This document shows positions 18,630 to 21,392 of a stretch of 21,392 nt of DNA, piece after piece. Positions within the stretch are counted from its first letter, which is position 1. Each line of letters starts with the position of its first letter. The position numbers were made by a program, and so were the translations under genes. Source of the stretch: an uncultured Gemmatimonadales bacterium (GTDB lineage Bacteria > Gemmatimonadota > Gemmatimonadetes > Longimicrobiales > RSA9); the NCBI GenBank assembly GCA_963783305.1, contig CAWAMW010000001.1, positions 1 to 21,392 of the forward strand, read 5' to 3'. The notes below the pieces were generated by a model, which did no database searches, was not told where the DNA came from, and saw nothing but the letters and a program-made list of their open reading frames with translations.

Positions 18630-19876
18630 CGGAGCGCGGTCGCGAGCGGCTCCTGTTTCTGGCCCAGACGCTCCCGTACCCGCCCGACGGCGGCGTGCAG
18701 ATCCGGACCTACAACGTCCTCCGACTCCTCGCCCGGCGCTTCGACGTCACCGCCCTCTGCTTCTACCGCCGCGCCTCGCACCCCACGCCGGAGCACGTGG
18801 AGCGGAGCCTGAAGGGGCTTTCGGAGCTCGTGGAGGTGGAGGCGTTCCCGATCCCGCAGGAATACTCGCGACGGCAGCTGCTCCTCGATCACGCCGTGAG
18901 CAGCGTCACGGGCCGGGTGTACACGGTTCGGAGCTATCGCTCCACCGCCTATCGGGAGCGGATCCAGCAGCTGTTGAACGACCGTTCGATCCGCCTGGTG
19001 CACGTCGACAGCCTGGACCTCTCCGATTACCTGCCGATGGTATCGGGGATTCCCACCGTCTGCACCCATCACAACGTGGAGTCGGCGCTGCTCCGGCGCC
19101 GGGCGGAGCAGGAGTCCAGCTCCCTCCGCAGGGCGTACCTCCGGTACCAGAGCCGGCTCATGCGGCGGGAGGAAGCGCGGTGGGCTCCCCGCGTGGATCT
19201 CAACGCCACGGTGTCGCCCGCTGACGCGGAGCTGCTCCGGGACATAGCCCCTGGCGCCCGCACGCGCGTCGTCCCGAACGGTGTGGACACGCGACTGTTC
19301 CAGCCGGCTCCAGGGGGTGAGGACGGGATCGTGTTCGTGGGCGGGTACACCTGGTTCCCGAACCGGGATGCCCTGGGCTACTTCGCCGAGGAGATCCTTC
19401 CGCTGATCCGGAGGAAGGACGCGGACGTCCCGGTCCGCTGGATCGGCCGGGCTCCCGCCGCCGTCCGCGAGGAGTACCGGGAGCACCACGCCATCGAGCT
19501 GACGGGCTACGTCGATTCCATCCAGCCCCTGGTGAGCCGCGCCGCGTGCTACGTGGTCCCCCTCCGGGTCGGGGGTGGCACTCGCCTCAAGATCCTGGAC
19601 GCGTGGGCCATGGGGAAGGCGGTGGTCAGCACCAGCGTCGGCTGCGAGGGGCTGGATGCCCGCGATGGCGAGAACATCCTGATTCGGGACGAGCCGGCCG
19701 GCTTCGCCGACGCCGTCCACCGGGTGCTGCGGGATCCAGCGCTGCGCGAGCGGCTCGGCAACGCAGCCAGGAGGACCGTGGAGACCACGTACGACTGGGA
19801 CGTCATCGGTCGGACCATGATCCCCGCCTACGAAGAGCTGCTCGACCCCGCCGCCGCGGAGCGCGCCATTTCGTAG
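18626..19876 (+). CDS. Glycosyltransferase family 4, of the type often associated with PEP-CTERM EPS loci
   Basis: TTG 18626 overlaps the upstream stop. Motifs LLFLAQTLPYPPDGGVQIRTYNVLR, HHNVES, VVPNGVD, FVGGYTWFPNRDA and VVPLRVGGGTRLKILDAWAMGKAVVSTSVGCEG. Confidence 0.92.
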   Translation: MTERGRERLLFLAQTLPYPPDGGVQIRTYNVLRLLARRFDVTALCFYRRASHPTPEHVERSLKGLSELVEVEAFPIPQEYSRRQLLLDHAVSSVTGRVYTVRSYRSTAYRERIQQLLNDRSIRLVHVDSLDLSDYLPMVSGIPTVCTHHNVESALLRRRAEQESSSLRRAYLRYQSRLMRREEARWAPRVDLNATVSPADAELLRDIAPGARTRVVPNGVDTRLFQPAPGGEDGIVFVGGYTWFPNRDALGYFAEEILPLIRRKDADVPVRWIGRAPAAVREEYREHHAIELTGYVDSIQPLVSRAACYVVPLRVGGGTRLKILDAWAMGKAVVSTSVGCEGLDARDGENILIRDEPAGFADAVHRVLRDPALRERLGNAARRTVETTYDWDVIGRTMIPAYEELLDPAAAERAIS

Positions 19877-19988
19877 CGGGACCCCGAAATAAGTATCCCC
19901 CCCCGGCCGCGTGGCCGCCGATCGATTTCTTTAGCTTTCCACCGTTTTTCGCGCCGTTACGCCACATCCGGCCTCATCTGCCCCCTCC

Positions 19989-20003
19989 GAGCACCTGCCT
20001 TGC
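19989..20003 (+). promoter_or_regulatory. Possible degenerate sigma-54 promoter upstream of the riboswitch
   Basis: GAGCACCTGCCTTGC has the correct GCAC-N5-TTGC spacing but AG instead of GG at -25/-24. It would start transcription about 35 nt before the riboswitch. Confidence 0.3.
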
Positions 20004-20048
20004 CATAGACCTGCGCCGTCAGTTGTAGACAGCCGCTGACGAAATGCA

Positions 20049-20148
20049 GGATCGCTGCTCAGAGCGAAGCCGTCCGAAAGGCGGTGGCGCAGAGCTACGG
20101 GGCTACCGCGATACCGATCGCCATGCTCGCCGGGCCGCCAGTGAATCC
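20049..20148 (+). ncRNA. GEMM-I (c-di-GMP-I family) riboswitch with A at position 20; candidate 3',3'-cGAMP sensor
   Basis: P1: TCGCTG 20052-57 with CAGTGA 20139-44, extended by GGA/TCC. J1/2: CTCAGA. P2: GC-GAA-GCCGTCC-GAAA-GGCGGT-GGC-GC. J2/3: AGA. P3: GCTACGGGGCTACC-GCGAT-ACCG-ATCGC-CATGCTCGCCGGGC, with a receptor-like CTAC/CATG segment. The 3' GCC supplies the C92/C93 equivalents. It lies in a 5' leader. Confidence 0.85.
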
Positions 20149-20210
20149 ACCACCCCGTGGGGACACCAGGCGGCCGTCATAGCATTCAGCGAGTATCAAG
20201 GAGCTGGTCG

Positions 20211-21392
20211 ATGTCGACCCCGGCGATCAAGCGAGCCAAGCAGGATCTCTTCGTTCCCGCGTCCGCCATCCTGGCGCTCTTTCTCATCCTCGGCGGCTGT
20301 GACGCCGGGTCGTTCGTGGAGCCGGAGACCGAGACCGCCAGCTGGCAGATCCAGGCCAGCGCCTACGACCACGTCTTCACCGCCCTCGAGCAGACCGAGC
20401 GATTCACCGCCACCGCCCAGGACAAGGCCGGGAACCCCATCCCCAACGCCGTCTTCAAGTGGACCACCTCGGACGCAGCCGTGGCCACGGTGGGAGCGGA
20501 CGGCTCGGTGACGGCGGTCGGCGCCGGCGAGGCGGCCATCGAGGTCACCTCGGAATGCTGCTCCGGCTCCGACGTCATCCTCATCACCGTGGCCCAGGTC
20601 CCGGTGTCCATGAGCGTCTCGCCGGTGGAGGCGGAGGTCGGTATCGGAGACACGATCCAGCTGGTCACGGAGGCCCGCGACGCGAACGGCCATCCGATCT
20701 CCGGCGCCGAGTACGCAACCAGCGACTCCGCCATTGCCACGATTTCTGCCGAGGGGGTGCTGCGGGGGCTGGAGGCGGGCTCCGTCACCGCCTCCGCGGA
20801 GATCCGCGGCAAGGTGGTGAAGTCCAGCATCAAGGTGAAGGGGACGAAGACCGAGGGCACGGTCGCGTCCGTGCAGGCGAGCACGGCCAGCCACGCCTTT
20901 ACGGCTCTGGGCCAGACGGTGGAGCTGAGTGCCACGGCCCACGACGGTTCCGGGGGCGCTGGCGGGCGTTACCTTCCAGTGGACCAGCACCGACACCAAC
21001 ATCGCCACTGTGAGCTCCATGGGACTCGTCACCGCCAAGGCCGTGGGGACGGCGAACATCATCGTCGCCGCGCTCTGCTGCACCGCCTCTGACACGGTCG
21101 CCATTACCGTGGAGCAGGTGCCGGCCGCCGTGTCCGTGTCTCCGTCCTCCGCTCGGCCTCGAAGTGGGGCAGACCCAGGAGCTGACCGTTCAGGTCAAGG
21201 ACGCCAATGGCCACTCGGCCGCCGCCGACATCACCTTCGCCAGCAGCAACGGCTCGGTGGTCTCCGTTTCGGCCTCGGGATCGTGAAGGGGCAGGCCGCC
21301 GGAACCGCCACGGTTACGGTGAAGGCAGGCCCGGTCACCGGCTCATCCCTCGTGACCGTCGAGGACACTGAGATCCTCACCGGCGAGGGCGG
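20211..21392 (+). CDS. Lipoprotein with tandem bacterial Ig-like (Big_2) repeats; runs off the window; frameshifts near 20958, 21150 and 21280
   Basis: RBS AAGGAG. Signal peptide ends in lipobox LGGC. Four repeats of the pattern WTTSDAAVATV..DG.VTA...G.A.I, which continue in shifted frames (FQWTSTDTNIATVSSMGLVTAKAVGTANI; FASSNGSVVSVSASG/IVKGQAAGTATVTV). Confidence 0.85.

Noticed and set aside
17258..19876. 872-aa ORF that looks like a CoA-ligase / glycosyltransferase fusion
   Set aside because: Artefact of the frameshift near 17675. The middle is off-frame, the ligase ends at 18629 in another frame, and the GT starts at TTG 18626.
19904..19932. Intrinsic terminator after the last GT4
   Set aside because: Only a 5-bp stem, and the T-rich tract is not adjacent to it.
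1..21392. CRISPR arrays, tRNA/rRNA genes, transposases or integrases
   Set aside because: No regularly spaced direct repeats, RNA-gene signatures or mobile-element proteins were seen.

Overview
High-GC bacterial window holding most of a Wzy-type exopolysaccharide / cell-surface glycan locus linked to the PEP-CTERM (exosortase) system. A Gemmatimonadota-like origin is an inference from gene content. Genes: a partial Wzc-type co-polymerase, a priming sugar transferase, a PEP-CTERM protein, six GT4 glycosyltransferases, three sulfotransferases, a polysaccharide deacetylase, an ATP-grasp ligase, an O-antigen ligase-family protein, an AsnB-like protein, a CapK/PaaK-like adenylate-forming enzyme and, at the right edge, a lipoprotein with tandem Ig-like repeats. 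About 11 small frameshifts break otherwise intact genes and are most likely long-read indel errors. The most interesting signals are non-coding. A well-formed GEMM-I (c-di-GMP-I family) riboswitch upstream of the Ig-like lipoprotein has A at the ligand-discriminating position 20, the signature of 3',3'-cGAMP-sensing variants. A second, atypical RNA element with the same GAAA-hairpin core lies in the leader of the PEP-CTERM gene. All alignments were done by eye and no database searches were run.
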